NCBI RefSeq assembly: GCF_000186885.1
Contig: NC_014972.1
Span: forward strand, 2,010,001 to 2,042,000
Direction of reading: 5' to 3'
Source of the DNA: Desulfobulbus propionicus DSM 2032
GTDB lineage: Bacteria > Desulfobacterota > Desulfobulbia > Desulfobulbales > Desulfobulbaceae
DNA: 32,000 nt
Shown here: positions 23,994-32,000 of the stretch, piece by piece
How the letters are laid out: each line of letters opens with the position of its first letter
Numbering within the stretch: the stretch's first letter is position 1
Program-made: the position numbers and the translations under genes
The notes under the pieces: generated by a model
What the model saw: only the letters and a program-made list of their open reading frames with translations
Database searches by the model: none
What the model was told of the DNA's origin: nothing

Positions 23994-26447
23994 ATGAAGT
24001 GTTCTTTTCTGTGTGTGCTCAGCCTCCTGCTCCTTCTTCTCACCCCGCCGGTCATCCGTGCCGACAACCGGTTGCAAACCGTGACCCTGCAGCTCAAATG
24101 GACCCATGCCTTCCAGTTTGCCGGCTATTACACGGCCCTGGAAAAGGGCTATTACCGGGAGGCCGGCCTGGATGTCCGCATTGTCGAGGGACAGCCGGGG
24201 AGCAATCCGGCTGATGCGGTGCTGCGCGGCGAGGCCCAGTACGGCATCGGCAACACGTGTCTGCTGCTCCGACGCAGTCAGGGGCAGCCGGTGGTGGTGC
24301 TGGGCGTAATCTTCCAGCATTCGCCCATGGTCATTCTCGCACGAAAAACCGGACCGACGCAGAGCATCCATGACCTGGCCGGCAAGCGGTTGATGCTTGA
24401 ACCGGAAACCGACGAGCTGACGGCTTATCTCAACAAGGAGGGTTTGAAGGATAAGGTGACCTTGGTGGAACACCGCTTTGACATGCAACCGCTGCTTGAC
24501 GGTTCGGTGGATGCCATGGCCGCCTTTGTCTACGACGAGCCCCACCAGCTGGAGCATGTGGATTTTGCCTATGCGCTGTTCAATCCACGCTCGGCGGGCA
24601 TCGATTTCTACGGCGACAACCTGTTCACCACCGAAGCTGAAATCAGACAGCATCCCCGGCGCGCCGAGGCCTTCCGGGCCGCCAGCCTGCGCGGCTGGCA
24701 GTATGCCATGGCCCATCCCGAGGAAATCATCCATCTCATTCTCGCCAAATATCCCACTCGGCAAGACCGGGGCGCCCTGCTCCACGAGGCACGGCAAATG
24801 AAGGAGCTGATGCAGCCGGACCTGATCGAGGTGGGTTACATGCATCCCGGGCGCTGGCGGCACATCGCCGACACCTATGCCGAACTGGGCATGCTCCCCG
24901 GCGACTTCCGCCTGGAGGGATTTCTCTACCAGCCCGATCCCTTTTTCCGCTACGACCTGCTGCTGCGGTGGAGCGCCGGGATCCTGGTGGTGCTGACCGT
25001 CTCGGTCTGGCTGATGATCCGTTTTTCCCGCATTGCCCGCAAGGCGAGGCAGAGCGAGCAACGCCACCGGCTGCTGGCCGATAATGTCACCGATGTGATC
25101 TGGACCTTGGACCTCGAGGGACGATTCACCTATGTCAGCCCCTCGGTCAAAAAACTGCGCGGCTACACCCCCGAGGAAGTGATGCGCGGCACCCTCCTGG
25201 ACACGCTGACCCCGGAATCAGCCACGGTTGCCAAGCAAAAACTGATCGAATTCAGGAAGGAGGTGCGGTCGGGCAGTGCATTGCGCCTCTTTCGCGGCGA
25301 ACTGGAACAGCCCTGTAAAGGCGGCGGAACGGTCTGGACCGAGGTCAACTGCGCGCCGCTGGTGGGCGCCGACGGCACGGTGGTCGGGATTGTCGGCGTG
25401 ACCCGCGACATCAGCGAGCGCAAACGGATGGAGGCGGAATTGCGCCGGCTGGCCACCACCGATCCACTGACCGGGGCCTACAACCGGCGTTTTCTCTACG
25501 AAAAGGCAACACAAGAACTGGAGCGAAGCCGCCGTTTCAAGCAACCGTTGAGCTTTCTCCTGGTGGATATCGACTGGTTCAAGCGGATCAACGATGCCCA
25601 CGGCCACGACATCGGCGACGAAGTGCTCAAGACGATGAGTCGGGCCTGCATGGGGCTGCTGCGGTCCATCGATCTGTTCAGCCGTTTGGGCGGCGAGGAG
25701 TTCGGCATCCTCCTGGTCAATACCGGCCGAGAGGGCGGGCACGTTTTTGCCGAACGGCTGCGCCATCATCTGGAACAGCTGGAGGTCGCCTGTCCGGGCG
25801 GCCCGATCCGCTTCACGGTCAGCATTGGCCTGGCGGTGTCCGACGACACGGTGGGCACGGTCAACGATCTGATTAAACAGGCGGATCTGGCCCTGTATGT
25901 GGCCAAGGCCAATGGCCGCAACCGAGTGGAATCAGCCGGCAGCTGCCGCCGCTCGCCGCAACCTGCGGGCACGTCGCTCAGCGCCGTCGCCCACCTGATC
26001 TGGGACGATCTGATGTGCTGCGGTCAGCCCACCATCGACGAGCAGCACCGTCGGCTGTTCGCCTTGGCCAACCAACTGCTCGACACCCCGTGGCCCGGAG
26101 AAAATGGTCAGTTGCCGGATGTCGCGCCGGTGGAGGCTTTTCTCGCCGAAATCACGGCCCACTTCCATGACGAGGAAAGCCTGCTGCGGACCGCCGGCTA
26201 TCAAGAAGTCAGCGAGCATGCGAAACTGCATCTTACCCTGGTCAATCAGGCTCGTGCCCTGCTGGAGCAGTGCAGAAACGGCAGTCTGTTGCCGGGTGAC
26301 CTGTCGCGCTTCATTGTCCAGGATCTGATGCACAATCACATGCTGCGCGACGACACCCGGTTTTATCCGTTGTTTGCGAATCCCCCGGCCCATGCGGCCA
26401 ACACGTCTGATCACCCTCCGGTCCACCCGGCAGACAGCCGGGCCTAG
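23994..26447 (+). CDS. NMT1/THI5-like substrate-binding domain - PAS - GGDEF diguanylate cyclase - hemerythrin protein
   Basis: Signal peptide MKCSFLCVLSLLLLLLTPP; LQLKWTHAFQFAGYYTALEKGYYREAGLDVRIVEG; TM; PAS (TDVIWTLDLEGRFTYVSPSV); LATTDPLTGAYNRR...LGGEEFGILL; hemerythrin CGQPTIDEQHRRLFALANQLLD..HFHDEE..HLTLV. Upstream TTG start at 23949 also possible. Confidence 0.92.
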   Translation: MKCSFLCVLSLLLLLLTPPVIRADNRLQTVTLQLKWTHAFQFAGYYTALEKGYYREAGLDVRIVEGQPGSNPADAVLRGEAQYGIGNTCLLLRRSQGQPVVVLGVIFQHSPMVILARKTGPTQSIHDLAGKRLMLEPETDELTAYLNKEGLKDKVTLVEHRFDMQPLLDGSVDAMAAFVYDEPHQLEHVDFAYALFNPRSAGIDFYGDNLFTTEAEIRQHPRRAEAFRAASLRGWQYAMAHPEEIIHLILAKYPTRQDRGALLHEARQMKELMQPDLIEVGYMHPGRWRHIADTYAELGMLPGDFRLEGFLYQPDPFFRYDLLLRWSAGILVVLTVSVWLMIRFSRIARKARQSEQRHRLLADNVTDVIWTLDLEGRFTYVSPSVKKLRGYTPEEVMRGTLLDTLTPESATVAKQKLIEFRKEVRSGSALRLFRGELEQPCKGGGTVWTEVNCAPLVGADGTVVGIVGVTRDISERKRMEAELRRLATTDPLTGAYNRRFLYEKATQELERSRRFKQPLSFLLVDIDWFKRINDAHGHDIGDEVLKTMSRACMGLLRSIDLFSRLGGEEFGILLVNTGREGGHVFAERLRHHLEQLEVACPGGPIRFTVSIGLAVSDDTVGTVNDLIKQADLALYVAKANGRNRVESAGSCRRSPQPAGTSLSAVAHLIWDDLMCCGQPTIDEQHRRLFALANQLLDTPWPGENGQLPDVAPVEAFLAEITAHFHDEESLLRTAGYQEVSEHAKLHLTLVNQARALLEQCRNGSLLPGDLSRFIVQDLMHNHMLRDDTRFYPLFANPPAHAANTSDHPPVHPADSRA

Positions 26448-26995
26448 GCGGCGTGCTGTCGGACCCAGGCCACGTAGCGATCCATCCACCCCTGGAGAAA
26501 CGCTCTGCTGTCTGGGCCAATATTGCCCTCGGCATCGAAAAAGCCTTCCTTGACCTGAAGAAACGCCTCGGGCGCGCCCATGGTGGGTGTATCGAGATAG
26601 GCAAGAATATTACGCAAATGCTGTTGTGCCAGGGCGGTGCCGATAACCCCTATCGAAATGCCGAGCACGCCGGCCGGCTTCCCGGCCCAGACGCTCTGAC
26701 CATAGGGCCGGGAAGCGTGATCAATGGCATTCTTAAGCACGCCGGGGATGGAACGATTGTATTCCGGGGTGACAAACAACACCGCCTGGGCGGCGGCGAT
26801 TTCGCTCTTGAGCCGTTTGACCGATGGCGCCTGATTGGCGTCGTCATCCTGGTTGTACAACGGCAGATCACCGATCTCCACCTGTTTGAAAGTGAACTCC
26901 GGCGGCGCCAGCTTGGCCAAGGCCCTGGCCAGGGAACGGTTAAAGGAATCCTTGCGCAGACTTCCGATAACAACGGCGATGGTGTAGTGATTCAT
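26444..26995 (-). CDS. NADPH-dependent FMN reductase-like flavoprotein
   Basis: MNHYTIAVVIGSLRKDSFNRSLARAL...LPLYNQDD..., LFVTPEYNRSIPGVLKNAIDHASRPYG. Start at 26995 is preceded by AGGAG-like SD (minus strand). Confidence 0.92.
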   Translation of the reverse strand: MNHYTIAVVIGSLRKDSFNRSLARALAKLAPPEFTFKQVEIGDLPLYNQDDDANQAPSVKRLKSEIAAAQAVLFVTPEYNRSIPGVLKNAIDHASRPYGQSVWAGKPAGVLGISIGVIGTALAQQHLRNILAYLDTPTMGAPEAFLQVKEGFFDAEGNIGPDSRAFLQGWMDRYVAWVRQHAA

Positions 26996-27103
26996 GAGAC
27001 GCTCCTTGAAAAAATGGGGCCAGCAGCAGGCGTGCCCCGGTTCTCCGCGATCATCGGCAACATGATCGACAGGCAATATGATGACTGTGGTTCGTCCTGA
27101 CAA

Positions 27104-27146
27104 ACTATTGATCTGGATGCGATCTTAGTCAATAATTATTATCATC
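27104..27146 (-). promoter_or_regulatory. Candidate promoter with Fur-box-like operator for the FMN reductase
   Basis: Minus strand TTGACT (27132-27127), 17-nt spacer, AATAGT (27109-27104). The overlapping 19-mer GATGATAATAATTATTGAC (27146-27128) matches 14/19 to GATAATGATAATCATTATC. Confidence 0.5.
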
Positions 27147-27259
27147 TTCCACCGAAAACGAACTGTGCCCGTGACGATACCAAGGCATGATCCTCCCGCA
27201 ATGGTTGTGGCCACGACCTGTCGTCCCGGCTGTGCCGATGTTTGCTTCCCGACAAGGGC

Positions 27260-27288
27260 TTGACTTTGCCTTTTGCATGCCCTAAAAT
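27260..27288 (+). promoter_or_regulatory. Strong sigma70-like promoter for the 64-aa ORF
   Basis: TTGACT (27260-27265), 17-nt spacer, TAAAAT (27283-27288). Short inverted repeat ATTAC-N6-GTAAT overlaps the -10. Confidence 0.55.
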
Positions 27289-27393
27289 TACCAAACAGTA
27301 ATCTTAAACGTTCGAGACGCAACATCCACTCGGGTGCATCGACAACACCCGACGCACCCGAGTGCTACCGAGTGCACAACAGAGGAACCGACA

Positions 27394-27588
27394 ATGGAAA
27401 TCAATGGATTGAGTGGCACCATGGCCAGCCAACTGTACCAGCAGCAGACGCAAAAGAGCGCGGGACAGGTTGTGCAGCCCGCTCCGCCACCCCAACCGCA
27501 GCCCGAGGAAAGTGTTGCCACCCAAAACAGGGACACTGCCCAAGGCGCCGAAGCCGTGGCGTCAACGTCGATCAACGTCTACGCCTAA
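27394..27588 (+). CDS. Small hypothetical protein (64 aa)
   Basis: GAGGAA SD and ATG at 27394. MEINGLSGTMASQLYQQQTQKSAGQVVQPAPPPQPQPEESVATQNRDTAQGAEAVASTSINVYA; strong promoter-like sequence upstream. Confidence 0.6.
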   Translation: MEINGLSGTMASQLYQQQTQKSAGQVVQPAPPPQPQPEESVATQNRDTAQGAEAVASTSINVYA

Positions 27589-27598
27589 GACCAGTCGC

Positions 27599-28930
27599 TC
27601 ACCGCTCGCGGTCCTTCGCGGCCGTGACGGTGGGAGTGACGCAAAGGTTCTCCACCGGGCCGGCCAGGCGGCGCAGGGCGGAAAGAAAACGGGAGCGCAG
27701 GGTGTCGCCGAGCAGCGCTCGTTTGACCGGGGAGAGCCGCAAAAAACCGCCGACCAGACCGCGCATGAATGCCTGGGTCCGGCTCGCCGGATTGTCAAAA
27801 AGCAAGGTGTTCAGGGTGTCGCGCTCCAAGGCCTGGAGGATGACCCGCTCGAAACTGTCTTCCGGATGCACCACCTGCTGTTGCCGCTCGTGCAGTTTTA
27901 GGGCGCCGGTGGGACACCGCAGGGCGCAGACCCCGCACCCGAGGCAGAAGGAGCCGATCCGGGCGATTTTCTTGGCAGGCCGCGCCGGATCGTTCGCCGG
28001 TTCCATCCAGATCGCCTGGATCGGACACGCCTGGGCGCACAAGCCGCAGCCCTGGCAGCGGCTCGAATCCACCTGGGCCTCGAAGCTCGACGTTACCAAA
28101 ATTCCGGGATATCCTGTCTCCCGGATTCCCCGCAGCAAATTGCAGCAACACCCGCAACAATGGCAGATGAAACCCGCGCCCTGGCGCACGTTGTCCGTGG
28201 ACAGGGTCAGGCCCATATCCCGCGATCTGGCCAGGATGTCGCGCATCTGGGCCTTGTCGATGGGATGGGCGAAGCCGTTTCGGATCAGGAACTGGGCACC
28301 CGACCCCATGGAGGTGCAGGTTTCCATGGGTGTGCGGCACGGTTCGCGCCCCAGATGGTGTTTTTCATGGCGGCAGGAACACAGACCGAGAGCAAACTCG
28401 GATTGATCCTCGACCAGGGCCGAGGCCTTCTCGTAATCCAGAATCTCCACATGGTCGCCCAAGGTCTGTTCGTGGGGCAGGGCGCGCATCACCGACACCC
28501 GTTGACCATCGCCGAAATTGGCCGCGAGGAATGCCTTCTCCTTGAACATGTATCTTTCAAACAGTTCAGCCCAGCGGGCCAGGGGCAACTCCGGGCCGGT
28601 GCGCATCATCGTGAATTCAAAAAATCCGATCACCAGCGGGCTGACCATGTAGAGGTAACGGGCGCCATTCCAGATATCGAGCACCAATCCTTTGGCGCAC
28701 AACCCCTCAAGCATGGGCCGCAGCCGCTGCTCGGGCTCGCCGGTCATGCGGGCGATGCGCTCCAGGGTCGATGGGCGGTACGGCAGGCGGATAACCAACG
28801 CGGCCTCCGCCGGCTCATAGAGCGCTTCCACCAATTGCCGGAACACTGGCGTCCAAGGCGTGCGCACCGGTGCCTGATCGAGCCTCCTACCTAATTGGCG
28901 ATACAGGTCTTTGCCGATGACGTGTCCCAT
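27599..28930 (-). CDS. 4Fe-4S dicluster-binding protein with Cys-rich centre
   Basis: FICHCCGCCCNLLRG..., CQGCGLCAQACPIQAI, CLGCGVCALRCPTGAL. Start at 28930 with AGGAGG SD on the minus strand. Confidence 0.88.
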   Translation of the reverse strand: MGHVIGKDLYRQLGRRLDQAPVRTPWTPVFRQLVEALYEPAEAALVIRLPYRPSTLERIARMTGEPEQRLRPMLEGLCAKGLVLDIWNGARYLYMVSPLVIGFFEFTMMRTGPELPLARWAELFERYMFKEKAFLAANFGDGQRVSVMRALPHEQTLGDHVEILDYEKASALVEDQSEFALGLCSCRHEKHHLGREPCRTPMETCTSMGSGAQFLIRNGFAHPIDKAQMRDILARSRDMGLTLSTDNVRQGAGFICHCCGCCCNLLRGIRETGYPGILVTSSFEAQVDSSRCQGCGLCAQACPIQAIWMEPANDPARPAKKIARIGSFCLGCGVCALRCPTGALKLHERQQQVVHPEDSFERVILQALERDTLNTLLFDNPASRTQAFMRGLVGGFLRLSPVKRALLGDTLRSRFLSALRRLAGPVENLCVTPTVTAAKDRER

Positions 28931-29133
28931 GTTGTTCCTCCTGCCGTAAACGGTCACCCGATACCGTGCCCCTTTTCCCGCGTCCCAGAAACGGTCGATT
29001 TAGCGGGACCAAATCCAGTTTTCCGGGTCTTCCGGCGAGTTCCAAGCTGGTCACCGCGAAAAACCGTTGCGTCGACCAACACGCTTCCCGCCTATTCCTG
29101 CTGGGCCAACTTCTGAGGCATGGAATTACCTTG

Positions 29134-29166
29134 TTCTGCAATCAGGCAGAATGTAATGCAACATTC
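29134..29166. promoter_or_regulatory. Tandem inverted repeats in the divergent intergenic region upstream of korD
   Basis: TTCTGC-N6-GCAGAA (29134-29151) overlapping GAATGT-N6-ACATTC (29149-29166). Confidence 0.35.
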
Positions 29167-29396
29167 CACACAATGCCAAGGATGAACTCGACTCCGTGTC
29201 GTCGGCAACCGCCGCGCTGGCGGGCCTGGGCACCAACGGGCAGCAGGACACGCCCCCGTCACGGTCGCTCCGCACTTGAGGCCTGGATTTTCTTGCTTTT
29301 TGCTGGCAGACCCGTTAAGCCAAGACCATCTCTTGGCGGATAGACCTCATGCCTTCATCCGCTTCACCACGTTTTTTCATTGGGAACGGCGGCGCC

Positions 29397-29690
29397 ATGA
29401 CAGCAGACTCGCATCCATCGCCGGTTGAACCGCAGCAGCCGGACAGCAACCTGTCTAAGGCAAACAGGAAAAAACGCTATGATATCGCCTTTTATCACGA
29501 CTGGTGCAAGGCCTGCGGTCTCTGCATGGCCTTCTGTCCCCGGCAGGTCATTCAAGCAGACGAACACGGCAAGCCGCTGGTGACCGAGCCGGATGCCTGC
29601 ATCGGCTGCCGTTTCTGTGAGACCCACTGTCCGGATTTTGCCATCACGGTTAGTGAGCGCCAACCCCGGAGGAGGAAGGACGATGTCTGA
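29397..29690 (+). CDS. korD: 2-oxoacid:ferredoxin oxidoreductase, ferredoxin-like delta subunit
   Basis: CKACGLCMAFCPRQVI...CIGCRFCETHCPDFAI; directly followed by korA. Confidence 0.88.
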   Translation: MTADSHPSPVEPQQPDSNLSKANRKKRYDIAFYHDWCKACGLCMAFCPRQVIQADEHGKPLVTEPDACIGCRFCETHCPDFAITVSERQPRRRKDDV

Positions 29691-30822
29691 GATCCAGGCC
29701 AAACGGCAACTCCTTCAGGGCAACGAGGCCATTGTCCACGGCGCCCTGGCGGCCGGCTGCCGCTTCTTTGCCGGCTACCCGATCACTCCGGCCTCGGAGA
29801 TCGCCGAACAACTGGCCGCGCTGCTGCCCAAGGTGGGGGGCACTTTCATCCAGATGGAGGACGAGATTGCCAGCATGGGCGCGATCATCGGTGCCTCCTT
29901 GGCCGGCGTCAAGGCCATGACCGCCACCTCGGGCCCTGGTTTCTCGCTGATGCAGGAAAATCTCGGCTACGCCTGCGCGGCCGAGGTGCCCTGCGTGGTG
30001 GTGAATGTGATGCGCGGCGGCCCCTCCACCGGCCTGCCCACCAGTCCGGCTCAGGGCGACGTGCAGATGGCGCGCTGGGGCACCCATGGCGACCACCCCA
30101 TCATCGTCCTGGCCGTGTCCACGGTCAGCGACTGTTTCAGCCTCACGGTCAAGGCCTTCAACCTCTCCGAACAGTTCCGCGTGCCGGTGATTCTCCTCTC
30201 GGATGAGATCGTGGCGCACACCCGGGAGTGCGTCCAGCTGCCCGATGCCGCCGAACTGCGCATCCTCAATCGCCTCAAGCCGAGCGTGCCGCCGGACTGG
30301 TACAAACCCTACGAGGGCGACAGCCGGGGCGTGCCCGCCATGGCCACCTTGGGCGACGGCTACCGCCATCATGTCACCGGCCTGGTCCACGACGATCTCG
30401 GTTTTCCCACCGAAAAATCCAACGAGATCCTCAATTTTCAACAACGGCTGATGCACAAGATCACCCGTGGCTTCCCCGAAATCATGCTGACCCGCAGCTA
30501 CCGGTTGGAGGATGCCGAGGTCGCGATCATTGCCTACGGGTCCGTGGCCCGCTCGGCCATGCGGGCGGTGGACGAGGTGCGGCAGCGCGGCATTCCGGCC
30601 GGCCTGCTGCAGTTGATCACCCTCTTTCCCTTTCCGCGCAGCCATGTGACCCCGGTGCTCAAGCAGTGCCGCGCCGTGCTGGTGCCGGAGATGAACATGG
30701 GCCAGATCAGCCGCGAGGTGCAGCGGGTCAATCAGGGGATGTGCACCGTGGTCAAACACAACCGGGTCGACGGCCAGTGCATCACCCCCGATGAACTCGA
30801 GGCCCGGCTGGTCAAGCTGTAG
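29683..30822 (+). CDS. korA: 2-oxoglutarate (2-oxoacid):ferredoxin oxidoreductase subunit alpha
   Basis: GNEAIVHGALAAGCRFFAGYPITPASEIAE...MEDEIASMGAIIGASLAGVKAMTATSGPGFSLMQE. GGAGGAAGGA SD, ATG 29683 overlaps the korD end. Confidence 0.95.
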   Translation: MSEIQAKRQLLQGNEAIVHGALAAGCRFFAGYPITPASEIAEQLAALLPKVGGTFIQMEDEIASMGAIIGASLAGVKAMTATSGPGFSLMQENLGYACAAEVPCVVVNVMRGGPSTGLPTSPAQGDVQMARWGTHGDHPIIVLAVSTVSDCFSLTVKAFNLSEQFRVPVILLSDEIVAHTRECVQLPDAAELRILNRLKPSVPPDWYKPYEGDSRGVPAMATLGDGYRHHVTGLVHDDLGFPTEKSNEILNFQQRLMHKITRGFPEIMLTRSYRLEDAEVAIIAYGSVARSAMRAVDEVRQRGIPAGLLQLITLFPFPRSHVTPVLKQCRAVLVPEMNMGQISREVQRVNQGMCTVVKHNRVDGQCITPDELEARLVKL

Positions 30823-30831
30823 GAGGTGCGC

Positions 30832-31674
30832 ATGACTGTTCCCGCCCAGGCCATTCGCCACGAGTATCTGCGCCACAACAAGAAGTTTCCCCATGTCTGG
30901 TGCCCGGGCTGCGGCAACGGCATTGTCATGGCTGCCCTGCTGCGGGCCATCTACCGGTTGGAGCTGAGCAAGGACGAGGTGGTGCTCGCCTCGGGCATCG
31001 GCTGCTCCGGCCGCATGCCCACCTATCTCGATTTCAACACCCTGCACACCACCCACGGCCGGGCCCTAACCTTTGCCACCGGCGTCAAGCTGGCCAACCC
31101 GGCCCTGAATGTGGTGGTGATCATGGGCGACGGCGATGCCACCGCCATCGGCGGCAATCACTTCATCCATGCCGCCCGCCGCAATCTCAACCTGACCGCG
31201 ATCATCATCAACAATTCGATCTACGGCATGACCGGTGGCCAGTATTCGCCGACCACGCCCTTTGGCGCCCGCTCGACCACCTCGGTCTACGGCCACATCG
31301 AACAGGCCTTTTCCATCGCCGAGCTGGCGGTGACCGCCGGCGCCGCCTTTGTCGCCCGGTCCACCGTCTACCACGCCGACCTGATCGACCAGCTGATCGA
31401 ACAGGCCATGCGCAAGCAGGGGTTTGCCGTGGTCGAGGTGATCTCCAACTGTCATGTCCAGTACGGCCGGCGCAATCAGCTGGGGGATGCGGTGGAGATG
31501 CTCACGAGATTCAGGGACCAGGCGATCACGGTGAGCAAGGCGGCCAAGCTGTCAGCCGAGGAGCTGGCGGGCAGGATTACCATCGGCGTGCTTGCCGACC
31601 GCGACCTGCCCATCTCCACCGAGGAGTACGACAAGGTACGGCAGCGGGCCAGCGAGGAGGGGATGCTGCGATGA
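30832..31674 (+). CDS. korB: 2-oxoglutarate (2-oxoacid):ferredoxin oxidoreductase subunit beta
   Basis: FPHVWCPGCGNGIVMAALLRAI, SGIGCSGRMPTYLDFNTLHTTHGRAL, MGDGDATAIGGNHFIHAARRN (TPP motif). AGGAGG SD. Confidence 0.95.
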   Translation: MTVPAQAIRHEYLRHNKKFPHVWCPGCGNGIVMAALLRAIYRLELSKDEVVLASGIGCSGRMPTYLDFNTLHTTHGRALTFATGVKLANPALNVVVIMGDGDATAIGGNHFIHAARRNLNLTAIIINNSIYGMTGGQYSPTTPFGARSTTSVYGHIEQAFSIAELAVTAGAAFVARSTVYHADLIDQLIEQAMRKQGFAVVEVISNCHVQYGRRNQLGDAVEMLTRFRDQAITVSKAAKLSAEELAGRITIGVLADRDLPISTEEYDKVRQRASEEGMLR

Positions 31675-32000
31675 AGCTTCCCGTGAAACGACGCTACGAG
31701 ATGCGGTTCAGCGGTTCCGGCGGCCAGGGGCTGATCATGGCCGCAGTCGTCTTTGCCGAGGCGGTCGGAGTGTATGACGGCAAGTATGTCTGCCAGACCC
31801 AGAGCTACGGACCGGAAGCCCGGGGCGGCAAGTCCAAGGCCGAGGTGGTGATCAGCGATGCGCCCATCGATTATCCCAAGGCCCGGCGGCTTGACCTGCT
31901 GTTGGCCATGAATCAGACCGCCTGCGATGCCTATTACCGCGATCTCAATCCCGATGGCTTGCTGGTGGTCGACAGTTCGCTGGTCAGCCAGTATCCCACC
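31671..32000 (+). CDS. korC: 2-oxoacid:ferredoxin oxidoreductase subunit gamma (3'-truncated by window end)
   Basis: MKLPVKRRYEMRFSGSGGQGLIMAAVVFAEAVGVYDGKYVCQTQSYGPEARGGKSKAEVVIS is typical of KorC. ATGA overlap with korB. Confidence 0.93.
   Translation, partial: MKLPVKRRYEMRFSGSGGQGLIMAAVVFAEAVGVYDGKYVCQTQSYGPEARGGKSKAEVVISDAPIDYPKARRLDLLLAMNQTACDAYYRDLNPDGLLVVDSSLVSQYPT

Noticed and set aside
27273-28406. 377-aa plus-strand ORF spanning the 64-aa ORF and the Fe-S protein antisense
   Set aside because: Arg/Pro-rich noise. The minus strand has clear tandem 4Fe-4S motifs, and the 64-aa ORF in another frame has an SD.
29650-31056. 468-aa minus-strand ORF opposite korA/korB
   Set aside because: Shadow ORF; korA and korB are unambiguous on the plus strand.

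Overview
This window looks like a chromosomal region from a GC-rich anaerobic, sulfate-reducer-like (deltaproteobacterial/Desulfobulbales-like) genome; the taxon is an inference. No CRISPR array, tRNA, rRNA, IS element or phage module was recognised. Main content: (1) 1-7748, a tightly coupled operon with a hydrogenase maturation protease (5'-truncated), an HTH-fused HdrC/HdrB-like Fe-S protein, a duplicated-FAD-domain HdrA, MvhD, MvhG, and an MvhA/VhuA-type [NiFe] hydrogenase large subunit. The supplied ORF track stops that last gene at an in-frame TGA (7650-7652). Reading through gives DP-U-ISCATH, exactly the conserved DPCxxCxxH nickel-ligand motif with selenocysteine for the first Cys. The gene therefore most likely runs to 7748 and encodes a [NiFeSe] hydrogenase. 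A SECIS-like hairpin follows the UGA. (2) A full hypF-C-D-E-A-B maturation set (8226-14105). (3) A DUF3365/CxxCH (possible heme) sensor kinase, a sigma54-activator response regulator, a YeiH-like (UPF0324) membrane transporter with unusual inserted domains, and a 55-aa membrane mini-protein absent from the ORF track. (4) A hypothetical protein, a DUF2284-like protein and a double-hotdog thioesterase (minus strand), then superoxide dismutase (plus). (5) An NMT1/THI5-PAS-GGDEF-hemerythrin four-module protein, an FMN reductase with a Fur-box-like site, a 64-aa hypothetical with a strong sigma70-like promoter, and a polyferredoxin-like protein. (6) korD-korA-korB-korC 2-oxoacid:ferredoxin oxidoreductase, with korC truncated at the window end.
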